From positions 66,438-130,437 of the forward strand of contig JAFATB010000013.1 of assembly GCA_019244185.1 (NCBI GenBank): a stretch of 64,000 nt of DNA, written 5' to 3'. Source of the stretch: Acidobacteriota bacterium. Lineage in GTDB: Bacteria > Acidobacteriota > Thermoanaerobaculia > Gp7-AA8. The position numbers and the translations under genes were made by a program. Position 1 is the stretch's first letter. The number at the start of each line of letters is the position of its first letter. Shown here piece by piece: positions 63,120 through 64,000 of this stretch. The notes beneath the pieces were generated by a model, which saw only the letters and a program-made list of their open reading frames with translations, had not been told where the DNA came from and made no database searches.

Positions 63120-64000
63120 ATGCGTTCACAATTGAGAGTGATTCTGGCGGTCGTTCTCTGTCTGCTTGCGCTTCCGCTGCTTGCCGACGAGATCACCGGG
63201 GTGTCGCCGTCGCAGCTGACGGTGTTCGATATTGAATCCTTCGTCACGCTGCGAGGCTCCGGCTTCCTCGGCGCGACCGCGCCGCCCGATTCGCCGGGCG
63301 ACAACACGGTGGTCACGTTCGCCGGAGACGCGGGAAGCTTCTCCGTGAACGCGAGCAACGTCGACAACAACACGCTCATCGTGTGGGTGCCGATCGAGGT
63401 GGCCATCAACGAAGGTCATTACCAGATCTTCGTCGACGTCGATGATGGCGGCGGCGTCATCCGCCACATCGGCCCCGCGGAGTTTGACGTCGTGCCGCAG
63501 CCGGTCATCGCCGGTCCGCCGACGATCAACGTGCCGGAGACCGTCATCGGCGAAGTCGCGAACGACCGCGGCGCGCCGGTATCGTTCGACGTGACGGCCC
63601 AGAGCTACGACGGCACGCCGCTGACGCCGTCCTGCGACCACGACTCGGGTAGCTTCTTCTCCTTCGGCGCCACCCGCGTGCAGTGCACCGCGACCGATGC
63701 GAACGGCAGCGCGACGGCGAGCTTCGTCGTCCTCGTCACCGACACGACGCCTCCGGTGCTGACGCTGCCGGCCGACTTCGCGACGAACGATACGACCGTG
63801 AACTACAGCGTCTCCGCCGTGGATGCGTTCGACGGTCCGGTCGACGTCACGTGCGATCCGCCGTCCGGCGCGACGTTCCCGCGCGGCACGGTCGAAGTGA
63901 TGTGCGTGGCCGTCGACTCGAGCCTCAACCCGGTCTTCGGCTCGTTCCTCGTGCACGTCGCCGAGCCGCCGGTGCTGAACCTGCCCGGCAACATCACCGC
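63120..64000 (+). CDS. secreted HYR (hyalin repeat) domain-containing protein, 3'-truncated at window end
   Basis: Not in the ORF track because there is no stop inside the window. ATG at 63120; signal peptide MRSQLRVILAVVLCLLALPLLA. Repeated HYR-like units (TPPVLTLPADF...VDVTCDPPSGATFPRGTVEVMCVAVD) with strong GC3 bias. The opposite-strand ORF 63126..63956 is its shadow. Confidence 0.7.
   Translation, partial: MRSQLRVILAVVLCLLALPLLADEITGVSPSQLTVFDIESFVTLRGSGFLGATAPPDSPGDNTVVTFAGDAGSFSVNASNVDNNTLIVWVPIEVAINEGHYQIFVDVDDGGGVIRHIGPAEFDVVPQPVIAGPPTINVPETVIGEVANDRGAPVSFDVTAQSYDGTPLTPSCDHDSGSFFSFGATRVQCTATDANGSATASFVVLVTDTTPPVLTLPADFATNDTTVNYSVSAVDAFDGPVDVTCDPPSGATFPRGTVEVMCVAVDSSLNPVFGSFLVHVAEPPVLNLPGNIT

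Noticed and set aside
63126-63956. 276-aa minus-strand ORF
   Set aside because: Arg/Asp/His-rich shadow of the plus-strand HYR-repeat gene, which has a signal peptide and proper GC3 bias.

Overview
This 64 kb window is a very high-GC (about 70%) bacterial chromosomal segment with about 55 tightly packed protein-coding genes on both strands. The gene content looks Gemmatimonadota- or Acidobacteria-like: large NAD-glutamate dehydrogenase, pqiABC, many BNR/Asp-box secreted proteins, Ser/Thr kinase with TPR repeats. I found no rRNA, tRNA, CRISPR, transposase or integrase. Most long reverse-frame ORFs in the six-frame track are Arg-rich shadows typical of high-GC DNA. Main blocks, in order: (1) serS 3' end, an FHA/DUF4388 protein, a YeiH-like membrane protein and a dienelactone hydrolase. 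(2) An ECF sigma / anti-sigma pair. (3) A DUF1684 lipoprotein and an M20 peptidase. (4) A second ECF sigma with a zinc-finger anti-sigma, followed by a tiny signal-peptide peptide, a GC stem-loop and an ABC-2 exporter; this is my top candidate for an undescribed peptide production/export module. (5) fadD-fadB, a GT39-like glycosyltransferase and an S9 peptidase. (6) An AraC regulator divergent from the 1618-aa NAD-GDH. (7) A BNR beta-propeller with an ATGA-coupled MoaD/ThiS-like GG-terminal protein, followed by a long AT-rich inverted repeat. (8) pqiABC. (9) A coupled small-ORF/nucleotidyltransferase pair. (10) YfhO and a 1103-aa sortilin-like BNR protein. (11) A phospho-signalling island: PAS-PAS hybrid histidine kinase, Ser/Thr kinase-TPR, OmpR regulator, GAF-HisKA without ATPase, and REC-Hpt. 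(12) Housekeeping and hypothetical genes: pseudouridine synthase, SLT transglycosylase, CGNR zinc-finger protein, metallo-beta-lactamase-fold hydrolase, NDH-2. (13) A minus-strand cluster of B12-radical SAM, SAM methyltransferase, HAD hydrolase, M19 dipeptidase and Cys-rich small proteins. (14) LolC/E, carA, a TPM protein, the methylmalonyl-CoA mutase catalytic domain, and the start of a HYR-repeat secreted protein running off the window.
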